The notes: generated by a model not told the origin, from the letters alone. 64,000 bases of DNA from Bacteroidota bacterium (GCA_016721435.1 JADKIC010000003.1:117102-181101), one strand, 5' to 3'. Counted from the stretch's first letter, positions 53,687-63,839 are shown. Numbers and translations are program-made.

Positions 53687-55636
53687 ATGGCATATAAAAA
53701 TCTGCAACATTTTATTAAGGTGCTTGAAGCAGCAGGCGAGTTGGTGCGTATTCGTGAATATGTGAGTCCGAAGTTGGAGATTACGGAAATCGCTGACCGT
53801 ATTTCCAAACAATATGGTCCCGCATTGTTATTCGAGAACACAGGTTATGATTTTCCGGTGTTGATCAATTCCATGGGGACAGAGAAGCGGATGGCGATGG
53901 CACTTGGAGTGGAAAAATTGGATGATGTGGCCGCGGAGATTGAACAACTTTTTAAAACGATGACGGGGCCTAAGCATTCATTTTTGGATAAGTTGAAAAT
54001 GCTTCCTCAATTGGGAGAAATTGCCTCCTGGATGCCGAAGGAAGTGAGTGGGAGAGGAGCCTGTCAGGAAGTAGCGATGAAGGATCCGGATATTACCAAA
54101 TTGCCTGTATTGACGTGCTGGCCGGAAGATGGGGGTCCCTTTGTCACCTTGCCCGTCATCCAAACCCGCGACCCGCATACCGGTATTCGCAATGTAGGTC
54201 TTTATCGGATGCAGGTCTTTGAACCCACCATGACCGGTATGCATTGGCACCGGCATAAAGTATCCGCTCGTCATTTTAATGAATATAAAAAGCTTGGACA
54301 GCGTATGCCCGTTGCCGTTACTATCGGCGGAGATCCGGCCTATACTTATTCCGCCACGGCTCCCTTGCCCGATGGTGTGGATGAATTCATGTTGGCGGGA
54401 TTTCTTCGGAAGAAGCGCGTGGAGCTGGTAAAATGTCTGACGATTGATATGCATGTTCCTGCAGATGCAGATTTTGTCATTGAGGGCTATGTGGATCCGA
54501 ACGAAGAGTTTATTCTTGAAGGTCCCTTTGGTGATCATACGGGCTATTATTCCCTCGCGGATTATTATCCCCGTTTCCATATAACGGCTATCACTTACCG
54601 AAAAGATCCTGTCTATCTCTGTACCATTGTGGGGATCCCGCCTCAGGAAGATGCCTGGATCGGAAAAGCCACCGAACGCATTTTTCTGGCGCCGATAAAG
54701 ATGACGATGGTTCCGGAGATTGTGGACATGGTTCTACCTGTAGAAGGTGTGTTTCATAATCTAGTGATTGTTAAGATCAGAAAAGATTATCCCGGTCAGG
54801 CGCTGAAGGTGATGAATTCGCTCTGGGGTGCCGGCCAAATGATGTTTACCAAAATGATGGTGATTGTGGATGGTGATGTGAATATTCACAATCAGGTGGA
54901 AGTGGCGCAGTATATCGCCAATCATGTGGATCCGTTGCGCGACATTACTTTTTCTCAAGGACCTACAGATGTACTCGATCATAGTTGTTCACGTATGGCT
55001 TTCGGTGGAAAGATGGGCGTGGATGCAACTGCGAAGCTGGAAGAGGAAACATTGCCCGGTGCACTTTCTGACAAAGTAATTATCGGAGAATTAAATAAAT
55101 CTGTTCCTGCTATTTTGGAAGCATCTAAAATGTATTCTGAAATCAGGGAAGTAAATAGTTCATTGCTGGATATCGGCGTACCATTGGTGTTTGTTTCCAT
55201 AGAAAAGAATCGCAAAGGTCATGTAAAGGAGCTCGCCGGAAAATTACTGGAGATGGACGCGTTTCGTTTAGTGAAGGTGCTGATCTTTCTTGAACATACC
55301 ATGGACATTGCTGATGTGGCCGATGCCGTCTGGCGTTTCTCCAATAACTTCGACCCTAAACGCGACCACTTTAATTTCCCTGCCGGTAAACAGGGAGAAG
55401 TGAATCATATCGCTTTCGACGGCACACGTAAATTGAAAGAATTTGACGGTTTTGATCGCGATTGGCCTAATATTTTAGCTTCCGATGAAACAACTATGAA
55501 TCGTATAGATGCTATTTGGTCGAAGCTGGGTTTGGGTCCAATGATTCCTTCGCCCTCCCGAAAGTACAGTCGGCAGTTGTATGCAGGTGGTGCTGTTGCT
55601 GATCCGGAAGCGTTAAGTAATCCGGTTGCAGAATAG
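53687..55636 (+). CDS. UbiD-family (prenylated-FMN-dependent) decarboxylase, extended C-terminus
   Basis: N-terminus LQHFIKVLEAAGELVRIREYVSPKLEITEIADR...GPALLFEN typical of UbiD/menaquinone-biosynthesis decarboxylases. Confidence 0.75.
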   Translation: MAYKNLQHFIKVLEAAGELVRIREYVSPKLEITEIADRISKQYGPALLFENTGYDFPVLINSMGTEKRMAMALGVEKLDDVAAEIEQLFKTMTGPKHSFLDKLKMLPQLGEIASWMPKEVSGRGACQEVAMKDPDITKLPVLTCWPEDGGPFVTLPVIQTRDPHTGIRNVGLYRMQVFEPTMTGMHWHRHKVSARHFNEYKKLGQRMPVAVTIGGDPAYTYSATAPLPDGVDEFMLAGFLRKKRVELVKCLTIDMHVPADADFVIEGYVDPNEEFILEGPFGDHTGYYSLADYYPRFHITAITYRKDPVYLCTIVGIPPQEDAWIGKATERIFLAPIKMTMVPEIVDMVLPVEGVFHNLVIVKIRKDYPGQALKVMNSLWGAGQMMFTKMMVIVDGDVNIHNQVEVAQYIANHVDPLRDITFSQGPTDVLDHSCSRMAFGGKMGVDATAKLEEETLPGALSDKVIIGELNKSVPAILEASKMYSEIREVNSSLLDIGVPLVFVSIEKNRKGHVKELAGKLLEMDAFRLVKVLIFLEHTMDIADVADAVWRFSNNFDPKRDHFNFPAGKQGEVNHIAFDGTRKLKEFDGFDRDWPNILASDETTMNRIDAIWSKLGLGPMIPSPSRKYSRQLYAGGAVADPEALSNPVAE

Positions 55637-55759
55637 TATTAAAGGGAAAAAAGGTGTTGTAAGTATTTAACGTTTTTTGTTCTTTAAGAAATTGACTTTT
55701 GTAAGGTCTTTGCTTAGTTCAGCTTTTTTATACCTCTTCCGCAAACGAAATTTGTTTTC

Positions 55760-56623
55760 GTGAAAGGGATCCTTTATCTGTTACTGATTGTTGCGCTCAG
55801 TTGCTCCTCCTGTGAAAAGGAATCGGAGATCATCTCCGGCAATGTAGCACCTTCTGATCCTACGGTTTCATCGGTGCAGATCAGGCAATATGTACAAAAA
55901 GTCTATCTGGCGATCATTGGCACCGTTCCTTCCGATACGGATATGGTCAATGAGATTAATTTTCTGGCAAGGAATAATTGCTCGGTGAATGATCGTTCAA
56001 ATTTATTGGATCGCCTGTTTGCAAATCCCTTATATAAGACCAGTCAGTATGTATCAAAAAATGATCTGCTGCTGGAAGCCATTACATCTTCAGAAATTAA
56101 TGATATCATCGATGATATTCAGGATGACTTAAATAGTACAAGTACGATTGATACAGCCATTCTGAATCGTCAACTCTTTGCCATGCAACAATTGCAGACG
56201 GCTAAGCTGGATTATATCAACGGAACAATAAATCTGGCGGAAGTGCAGCGTCGGATGACAGCCTCTGTGGCCTTCACCTATGCCAATGGTTATGGAGATG
56301 CCTGGATCGAAGCGGTGTTTGGCTTCTTCCTCTTTCGTTTACCCACTTTGGATGAATTGGATCAGTCCGGTACGATGCTGGAAGGTTTCCCTGCTTATCT
56401 TTTTCTGCAGACCGGTGCATCAAAGGAAGATTTTATTCAGATATTTTTCTCTTCCCGTCCTTTCAAAGAAGGCCAGGTGAGAGCATTGTTCAGAGAGCAT
56501 CTCTATCGTGAACCCAATACTTCAGAGTTGATGAATTATACAAACAGTTTCAGTAATACGATGGATCATAAATTACTGATGCGTCAAATATTCTTAACCA
56601 ATGAATTCCTGCGTGGTGAATAA
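55760..56623 (+). CDS. Hypothetical lipoprotein
   Basis: GTG start, lipobox LSCSSC; no known domain. Confidence 0.4.
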   Translation: MKGILYLLLIVALSCSSCEKESEIISGNVAPSDPTVSSVQIRQYVQKVYLAIIGTVPSDTDMVNEINFLARNNCSVNDRSNLLDRLFANPLYKTSQYVSKNDLLLEAITSSEINDIIDDIQDDLNSTSTIDTAILNRQLFAMQQLQTAKLDYINGTINLAEVQRRMTASVAFTYANGYGDAWIEAVFGFFLFRLPTLDELDQSGTMLEGFPAYLFLQTGASKEDFIQIFFSSRPFKEGQVRALFREHLYREPNTSELMNYTNSFSNTMDHKLLMRQIFLTNEFLRGE

Positions 56624-56633
56624 ATTCAGAAAT

Positions 56634-57101
56634 ATGTTGTTCCTCCTCCTTGCCGCAAGTTTCACAGCCTGCATGGAACCGGAACCGATCTATGAGGTGG
56701 AACCCATTCTCGTGGAAGTCCAGGGTGGTCAAAAGAAGGCCGTTAAAACAGATCGTCAGTTTGTTTCCGGTGCTTTTGCCGATGTCATGAAGAAGCAGAT
56801 TACTACCTCTGAATTGGATGAGGCCATTTATTGCTATGATGCCAATAGTGATAAGGAAATGATACGCGATATGATCATCCGTGATTTGCTGAAGCGTACT
56901 GCAGCCGTCATTCCATCTGTATCAGAGATGCGCAGTGACCCTGAGAAATTTGTAGGAGATACCTACCGTCGTTTCTATAAAAGAGATCCCTCTGATCTGG
57001 AACGATGGACGGTGCAGAATCAGTTGGCACAGGATACATCAATAAGTCCGGTGATGGTATTTTATGTGTTTATGAGTGCTGAAGAATATAGTTATTTCTA
57101 A
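56634..57101 (+). CDS. Hypothetical lipoprotein
   Basis: MLFLLLAASFTAC lipobox signal. Confidence 0.4.
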   Translation: MLFLLLAASFTACMEPEPIYEVEPILVEVQGGQKKAVKTDRQFVSGAFADVMKKQITTSELDEAIYCYDANSDKEMIRDMIIRDLLKRTAAVIPSVSEMRSDPEKFVGDTYRRFYKRDPSDLERWTVQNQLAQDTSISPVMVFYVFMSAEEYSYF

Positions 57102-57109
57102 ATAAAGAT

Positions 57110-58414
57110 ATGAATCGTAGAAAATTTGTAAAGTCATTGGGTCTGTCAGCCGCAGGTGCGTTTGCAGTGCCGTATATATTGCCTTCCGGTCGACTCTTTG
57201 CCGCCACCGGTACCCGCCTCGCGAACCATGTCGTGCTCTGTCTCTATGCAGGTGGGGTCAGAAACCTGGAGTCTATCGATAAAGCGGAAGGAAATCTGAT
57301 GCCGAATATCCTTCGCGGAACAGAATCCATCTCTCCGGATATCCTTCCCGGCTTTGATCCTGTTCCTGCGCCGGTACTGGCAACGCCATTGTAGGATTAT
57401 GGTACTTTGTTCAAAGGGTTTCGCTATGCGAATATTTCTCCCGGACATTATCAGGGACATTTTACGGCTATCACCGGCCGTTATACCGGATATGATATTA
57501 ATTTCAATCAACCGGCTGCGTATCCGACCTTGTTCGAGTATTACCGTAAACACAATAGCCCTTCCAATTCCGCCTTGAATGCCTGGTGGGTGTCGGATCA
57601 TATAGGGGAGAATGAAAATCTCGCCTATAGCATCAGTCCCGATTATGGCGCTCAATACGGTGCCAATTTTTTTAGTCCGTTGAGTGTTTTTACGAGTGGG
57701 AATTATAAACCCATTGACTTGTGTCGTTCGTTCACTACCACCGAAAGACAGAAGATGGGTACCATGCTTGATTTTCTGAATCGTTCATTTGTAGAACCTG
57801 TCCTTCAAGAAGTCCCTATGGTGCGGAATACTGAACAGGATCGTATAGCTATACAGAGTTTTTATGGAAATCTCGCCACACGTCAAAAGAACAATCAACT
57901 CTGGGATCCCTGGCAGATTGGTACAGGGATGAATAGCGATATGTTCAATATGTTCTTCGCTGAGGAAATTATAAAGGAGTTTTCCCCCGAACTAACGGTG
58001 GTGAATATGACCGGTGTGGATGCAGGTCATTCGAATTTCACGGAGTATTGCAATAATATGCGTAAAGCGGATTATGCTGTTGGCCGCTTGTGGAATACCA
58101 TCCAGCAAACTCCCGGTATGGTGAATGATACCGTACTTATTGTTGTTCCTGAAATAGGTCGCAATACACAGCATAATTCTATTCGTGATGCTTACGAACG
58201 CTATGGTCTGGATCATTCTGATACGATGTCGCGCGAAATATTTTGTCTCGTGGCAGGCCCTGCCGGAAAGGTGGTGCAAAATAATGTGATTACAAATGTG
58301 ACCGGTGAGAGTATAGATATTGTTCCAACCATTGCACATGTACTTGGATTCCATCCCGACATTCCGCAAGGATATCTTCCGGGAAGTCCCTTGTATCAGG
58401 CATTCACCAGCTAA
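57110..58414 (+). pseudogene. DUF1501-like (sulfatase/alkaline-phosphatase superfamily) Tat-secreted protein with in-frame TAG at 57393-57395
   Basis: Twin-arginine signal MNRRKFVKSLGLSAAGAFA; ORFs 57110-57394 and 57407-58414 are in the same frame, separated only by an amber codon. Confidence 0.5.
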
Positions 58415-58422
58415 GAAGAAAG

Positions 58423-59306
58423 ATGCAAACGATGAAAATATATTTGGTGGTCGCGATGATGGCATTGGTGGTATGTTCCTGCAGTAAGGAAGAAAATCCG
58501 TTTCCTGCCGAAGTGTCGGACGATGGTGGCTCAGTTTCAAACCCTGATCCGAATAGTATCTCCGGCTTGCATAAAAATATTTTTGCTCCCCGATGTGCGG
58601 TCCCCAGTTGTCATGGCGGTACCTTTGAACCGGATTTCAGAACAGTGGAATCCACCTACTACACGCTCGTATATCAGCCGGTAGTGAAGAATACCATCAA
58701 TGAAAAATATACCTACAGAGTTGTACCGCGTGATACCGGAAAATCATGGTTGTATCATCGCGTCACCAGGCATGATTCATTGATTCCGCGTATGCCGATT
58801 TATATGGATGCGTTGAGTACAGAAGATCTCGGTCATATAAAAACATGGATATTGAACGGTGCACCGGATGCAAGAGGTGTATTGCCTGTGCTGGCGAATT
58901 TACCTCCAAAAGTGGCAGGATATAACGCGTATGATGCTTCCTTTAACCGCATCGATGTTTTGCGGTCCAGTTGGAGTGTGGCTTTTCCTGCTCCCTACGG
59001 ACAACAAATTAATTTCTGGGTGTTTGTCGATGATGAGGAAACAGAGGATAAAAACTATTGTTAAATCAAATGAAATTTAGTCTTGATCCAAATGATTTTT
59101 CAAATGCGGTTTCTGCCAATGCGACCTGGGTGAATGGTCCCGTTTGCTGGGGATGGGTGGTAAGTGTGAACACCGGACAATTTCCTGCGGGATCAAAAGT
59201 GTTTATGCGGTACTATATCAAAGATCCCATCCTGAATCAGGTGTTTGAAATGCCGAAGAATACTTCCTATTCTTATTATAAAACAAATTTCTCGTTCCAG
59301 CTATGA
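58423..59306 (+). pseudogene. Hypothetical lipoprotein with C-x4-CH motif, frameshift near 59060
   Basis: Lipobox VVCSCS; PRCAVPSCHGG motif; C-terminal 82-aa ORF 59058-59306 overlaps in +1 frame. Confidence 0.35.
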
Positions 59307-59737
59307 ACAGAATCCTGTTCTTCCTGCTGCTGATGGCAGTCCTTTCTTCCTGTAAAAAAGAAGAGTCGCCTTTTTCAGAAGTGCCGCGCATTGAAGTGCG
59401 TTCTATTTATCCGGATAGCGTGAAAGCGTTTACCGACAGTATTGTGGTAGAGATTTATTACGAAGATGGTGATGGAGACCTCGGTGAAAATAGTCCCTTT
59501 ACGCAGAATTTATTTCTGGTGGATCAACGCAATCAATTGCAGTTCGGATTTCGAATCGGTAGAATTGCCGCTGAAGGAACACCCGCTATCCGCGGAACGA
59601 TGAAAGTAGTGTTGCCCTATACAAATCTTGTAAACAATGCCGGTCCTGAACAATTATTTTACAAAGTGAGGGTGGTCGATAGAGATGGTAATACTAGTAA
59701 TACAGAAAATACAGGCTCCATTGTTGTCGTAGAATAA
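59303..59737 (+). CDS. Hypothetical lipoprotein
   Basis: MNRILFFLLLMAVLSSC lipobox. Confidence 0.4.
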   Translation: MNRILFFLLLMAVLSSCKKEESPFSEVPRIEVRSIYPDSVKAFTDSIVVEIYYEDGDGDLGENSPFTQNLFLVDQRNQLQFGFRIGRIAAEGTPAIRGTMKVVLPYTNLVNNAGPEQLFYKVRVVDRDGNTSNTENTGSIVVVE

Positions 59738-59740
59738 AAA

Positions 59741-60871
59741 TCAGGGAATACTTAGCCAGCTTTGAATAGGGTAGTGGTCGCTGAGTTTTCCGTTCTTCAC
59801 CCGAAAGGAATGCGTTTGAATATTTGGACTATGTAGTATGTAGTCGATTCTGAAATTGATGGGAAGTTTAATATAGGTGCTTCCAAATCCTTCTCCTTTT
59901 TCTATAAACGAATCGTCTAAATCATTTTTTAAGGTTTGATAAGTGTATGAAAATGGTGTATCGTTAAAATCTCCACAAAGAATAATCGGGTAGGGGCAAG
60001 CAGCCATATGTAATTTCAGTTCATCTACCTGTTGACTTCTCTTAATGGCGGCTTTCTTTATTCTCCTCAATATATTTTTCGTGTTTTTGAGTTTGTTGTT
60101 ATTGCTTTCCAGCGAATCAGGATATTCCAGAAATTCATACTCTTCCTGTTTAAAATGATTAGATTGAAAATGCGCATTGTAAACGCGAACCGTTTTGTTG
60201 TTGATATCAAGATCAGAATAAATACAGAAATTGGACTTCCCTTCTTCATAAAAGACAGTCCCTTCATCAAGAATCGGAAATTTACTGAAAGTCGCTAAAC
60301 CCCAATGACTGGTTTTACGAAGAGTGATACTGTACTTGATCGTTCCGAAATTGGCATTGATGAGTTTTTTTATGGTATCGTTATTTTGAAAATTACCTTT
60401 ATCATCATGAAAATATTCCTGAATGCAAAGAATGTCCGGCTGCTCTTGTTTGAAGAATTTGAAGATGGACGCTCTTGTTTCCAGGTTGCCGGTCCAGTTG
60501 TATAAATCAAAAAGCCGTACATTATAGGAGAGCACTTTGAATGCATTTTTCGGTTGCATGACTTCTACCTTGAACAAACCGGGCCGGTACAGTTGACTGC
60601 ATTTATCATGGCCGATGAGTATCACTGCCGCAGAGAGAAAGGCGAGACGACTTTTTCTGCTTGTCCAGAACATGACAAAAAGTAGGTTGATGAGTAACAG
60701 AACCGGAAAGGTATTGGATAAAGGCTGTAAAATCCAGAGTTTCTCGGGACTGATCCGCATCGCTGTCTGACAACAGAGTAAAAGCAAAGCCACGAAGAGG
60801 TTGATACTAAAAATAAGTTTTAACCAGATATTTCTATCCTTCTTCTCATTTTTAGTAGTTCTTTCATCCAT
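59741..60871 (-). CDS. Endonuclease/exonuclease/phosphatase (EEP) family membrane protein
   Basis: N-terminal TM helices, then LSYNVRLFD...ILCIQEYF...GDFNDTP...SDHYPI EEP motifs; ATG 60871 (ORF-track GTG start at 60892). Confidence 0.7.
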   Translation of the reverse strand: MDERTTKNEKKDRNIWLKLIFSINLFVALLLLCCQTAMRISPEKLWILQPLSNTFPVLLLINLLFVMFWTSRKSRLAFLSAAVILIGHDKCSQLYRPGLFKVEVMQPKNAFKVLSYNVRLFDLYNWTGNLETRASIFKFFKQEQPDILCIQEYFHDDKGNFQNNDTIKKLINANFGTIKYSITLRKTSHWGLATFSKFPILDEGTVFYEEGKSNFCIYSDLDINNKTVRVYNAHFQSNHFKQEEYEFLEYPDSLESNNNKLKNTKNILRRIKKAAIKRSQQVDELKLHMAACPYPIILCGDFNDTPFSYTYQTLKNDLDDSFIEKGEGFGSTYIKLPINFRIDYILHSPNIQTHSFRVKNGKLSDHYPIQSWLSIP

Positions 60872-60954
60872 TTTTGAGTAAAATATTTTCACGATAAAGT
60901 AAAATAAAATTATCCATAATTAATCCATATGCAGATGCATTACCTTTGCAAAAT

Positions 60955-61794
60955 ATGAACAATCTGAAACTTGGTTTCTCCTCCTGTCCGAACGACACTT
61001 TTATTTTTGAGGCGCTTGTTAACAATCGTTTAGGAAGTTCTTTAATTGTGGATCCGGTGATCATGGATGTGGAAGCCCTGAACAGACTGGCAGAAAATGC
61101 TCATCTCGAAGTGTCGAAAATGAGTTTCGCCGCCTTTCCTGCTGTTTCGGCTAACTATCAGATACTTTCTTCCGGCAGCGCTCTTGGTCGTGGTTGTGGT
61201 CCCTTGATTGTTAGTAAGGAACCGATTGATATGTCGAATCTTACTTCAATGGAAATTGCCATTCCCGGAAAAAATACAACAGCGAACTTGCTCTTGAGTA
61301 TTTTCTTTCCTCAACTGACCCTGAAAACGGAAGTTTTATTTTCTGAAATTGAAGATAAAGTACTTAGCGGCGAATTTCCTCTCGGACTAATTATTCATGA
61401 AAGCCGGTTTACCTATGCCGAAAAGGGTTTGCATAAAGTGGCCGATCTGGGGGAACTTTGGGAGCAGCGATACGGGTTGCCAATTCCTTTGGGGTGTATA
61501 GCAGTCAAAAGAAACATGCCGGAAGCGGAAAAGATGGAAGTTCAAAGTCTGGTTCGGCAAAGTGTGGAATGGGCTTTCCGTCATCCCGAAGATTCCGTCG
61601 AATATGTTGGTAAACATGCTTCGGAGATGAGCAGGGAAGTGCAGAATATGCATATCGGATTATATGTGAATAATTTTTCTTTAGATTTGGGCGAGGAAGG
61701 CAAGCAGGCCATTCGCATGATGTTCAAACTGGGCCACGACTCCGGTTTCTTCCCGGAAGCAATGGAGCCAATATTTATTAATGATTTAATTTGA
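60955..61794 (+). CDS. mqnD: 1,4-dihydroxy-6-naphthoate synthase (futalosine-pathway MqnD; MqnA/MqnD family)
   Basis: LKLGFSSCPNDTFIFEAL N-terminal motif characteristic of MqnD; ATG 60955. Confidence 0.65.
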   Translation: MNNLKLGFSSCPNDTFIFEALVNNRLGSSLIVDPVIMDVEALNRLAENAHLEVSKMSFAAFPAVSANYQILSSGSALGRGCGPLIVSKEPIDMSNLTSMEIAIPGKNTTANLLLSIFFPQLTLKTEVLFSEIEDKVLSGEFPLGLIIHESRFTYAEKGLHKVADLGELWEQRYGLPIPLGCIAVKRNMPEAEKMEVQSLVRQSVEWAFRHPEDSVEYVGKHASEMSREVQNMHIGLYVNNFSLDLGEEGKQAIRMMFKLGHDSGFFPEAMEPIFINDLI

Positions 61795-61798
61795 GAAT

Positions 61799-62763
61799 AT
61801 GATAGTTGTAACCGGCGCAGATGGTTTCATAGGTAGTTGCTTAACCGGCAGATTAAATGAACTGGGACATGAGGATCTGATTCTTGTGGATGAATTTCAT
61901 ACTCCTGCAAAGGAAAAAAATCTGTTGGGGAAGAAGTTTGAGAAAAAAATTCATAGAGATGCTTTTCCGGAATGGCTGGCTGAAAATTTCAAGGATGTAG
62001 ATTTTATTTTTCATATTGGTGCCCGCACAGATACCACCGAGTTCGACATGGAAATATTTAACCGGTTGAATCTTTTTTACTCGCAAAGTATCTGGAATAT
62101 TTGCAGCGATCATGGAATACCATTGGTGTATGCCTCCTCTGCAGCAACATATGGAGAAGGTGAATTTGGCTACGACGATGATGTTGCCGGAGTGCCGCGC
62201 TTACAACCCTTGAATCCCTATGGTTGGTCGAAACAGTATTTCGATTGCTGGGCCCTGGAGCAGAAGAAACAGCCTCCGCAATGGGCGGGATTGAAGTTTT
62301 TTAATGTGTATGGCCCCAATGAATTTCACAAAGGAAGAATGGCTTCCGTCATTTTTCATGCGTTTAATCAAATCAAGGAAAATGGGAAGGTGAAGTTATT
62401 CCGATCGCATCGTACCGATTATAAAGATGGTTGGCAACTACGCGATTTTATCTATGTTAAAGATGTGATGAAGTATGCATCTTCCTCATGAAAAATAAGG
62501 TGCCCTCGTCCATTTATAACCTGGGTACCGGAAAAGCCAGATCCTTCTTTGATCTTGCGTCCGCTACTTTTAATGCTTTGAATGTTGAACCAAATATTGA
62601 GTTTATCGATATCCCTGCCGATATTCGCGACAAGTACCAGTATTTTACGGAAGCGAAGATGCAAAAGTTGATAAATGCCGGATATAATAAACCCTTTACT
62701 TCGTTGGAAGAAGGTGTAAATGACTATGTGAAAAATTATCTTTCTACAGCTAAATACTATTAA
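61799..62763 (+). pseudogene. hldD: ADP-L-glycero-D-manno-heptose-6-epimerase, frameshift near 62490
   Basis: MIVVTGADGFIGS Rossmann start, YxxxK region, C-terminal 91-aa ORF 62488-62763 continues in +1 frame. Confidence 0.75.
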
Positions 62764-62772
62764 CCGGAAGGA

Positions 62773-63204
62773 ATGCAAGCATTGAAGCCACTCTTGAAAT
62801 CGAAAATAATTCGCTATTTAATTTCTGCCGGATTAGCCACCTGGGTGGATGTGGTGGTGTACTTCGTTTCTTTTAATTATTTGTATAAAAAAGAGGACAT
62901 CGATATTTTTGGCTTCTATACCGTTTCCGCACCTACCGCCTCATTGATCCTGAGTTATACCATCGGACTCCTGACAAATTTTACCCTCACAAAATTTCTG
63001 GTCTTTAAAGAATCAGAATTGGAAACCCATAAGCAATTGTTCCGTTATGTGATGGTCGCCATCCTGGTCCTCATCCTGAATTATTTCTTAATGAGTTTCC
63101 TCATCCGTCAATTGGAATGGTATCCTACATTGGCCCGGGCCGTGTCAGCGGTGAGCATCGGCGTTTTGAGTTTTGTGGTACACAAATCGTTTTCATTTAG
63201 GTAG
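62773..63204 (+). CDS. GtrA-family polysaccharide-synthesis membrane protein
   Basis: 143 aa, 4 TM helices, GtrA-like N-terminus (IRYLISAGLATWVDVVVYF). Confidence 0.65.
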   Translation: MQALKPLLKSKIIRYLISAGLATWVDVVVYFVSFNYLYKKEDIDIFGFYTVSAPTASLILSYTIGLLTNFTLTKFLVFKESELETHKQLFRYVMVAILVLILNYFLMSFLIRQLEWYPTLARAVSAVSIGVLSFVVHKSFSFR

Positions 63205-63446
63205 TGACAGGTCGCGACCTGTCATCATTAACAAAACGATCATAGATTACATCACAGTGACAGGTCGCGACCTGTCATCATTAACAAAACGATCATAGTT
63301 TACATCATGGTGACAGGTCGCGACCTGTCATCTTTAACAAAACGATCATAGTTTACATCACAGTGACAGGTCGCGACCTGTCATCTTTAACAAAACGATC
63401 ATAGTTTACATCACGGTGACAGGTCGCGACCTGTCACTACCTGTCA
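63204..63446. repeat. Tandem array B: 5 copies of the same 22-bp palindrome (GTGACAGGTCGCGACCTGTCA[T/C]) at exact 53-bp period with near-identical 31-bp fillers
   Basis: Palindromes at 63204, 63257, 63310, 63363, 63416; fillers cattaacaaaacgatcatagtttacatcaca with 1-3 SNPs; first palindrome overlaps the gtrA stop codon, and only about 7 nt separate the array end from the merR stop. Confidence 0.9.
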
Positions 63447-63791
63447 TCACAACTGAGCCTTTAATTCCTCTAAAAATTTTCTGGTACGAAGTAAAGTTTC
63501 CTTGATCTCTACATCTCTCGCCAGGGTATCTCCTTTTTGCTCGAGCATCTTTTTCGCTCCTTCTAAGGTATAGCCCTTTTCTTTTACCAAATGAAAAATG
63601 ACACGCAGATTGGCAACATCTTCTGCAGTAAATAAACGGTTGCCTTTTTTATTTTTCTTGGGCTTTAATATATCGAATTCCTTCTCCCAGAATCTGATCA
63701 GCGAGGCATTGACCTGGAATAGCTCTGCCACATCTCCGATAGGATAGTACAGCCGCTCAGGTTCTTTGTCGAAATCTATTATTGGTGCCAT
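63447..63791 (-). CDS. MerR-family transcriptional regulator
   Basis: N-terminal HTH (YYPIGDVAELFQVNASLIRFWEKEF) and coiled-coil C-terminus. Confidence 0.75.
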   Translation of the reverse strand: MAPIIDFDKEPERLYYPIGDVAELFQVNASLIRFWEKEFDILKPKKNKKGNRLFTAEDVANLRVIFHLVKEKGYTLEGAKKMLEQKGDTLARDVEIKETLLRTRKFLEELKAQL

Positions 63792-63839
63792 GCTGTTTTA
63801 AAAAATTTTTAGTGGAAAATATTTCAAACTTCCATTCCT

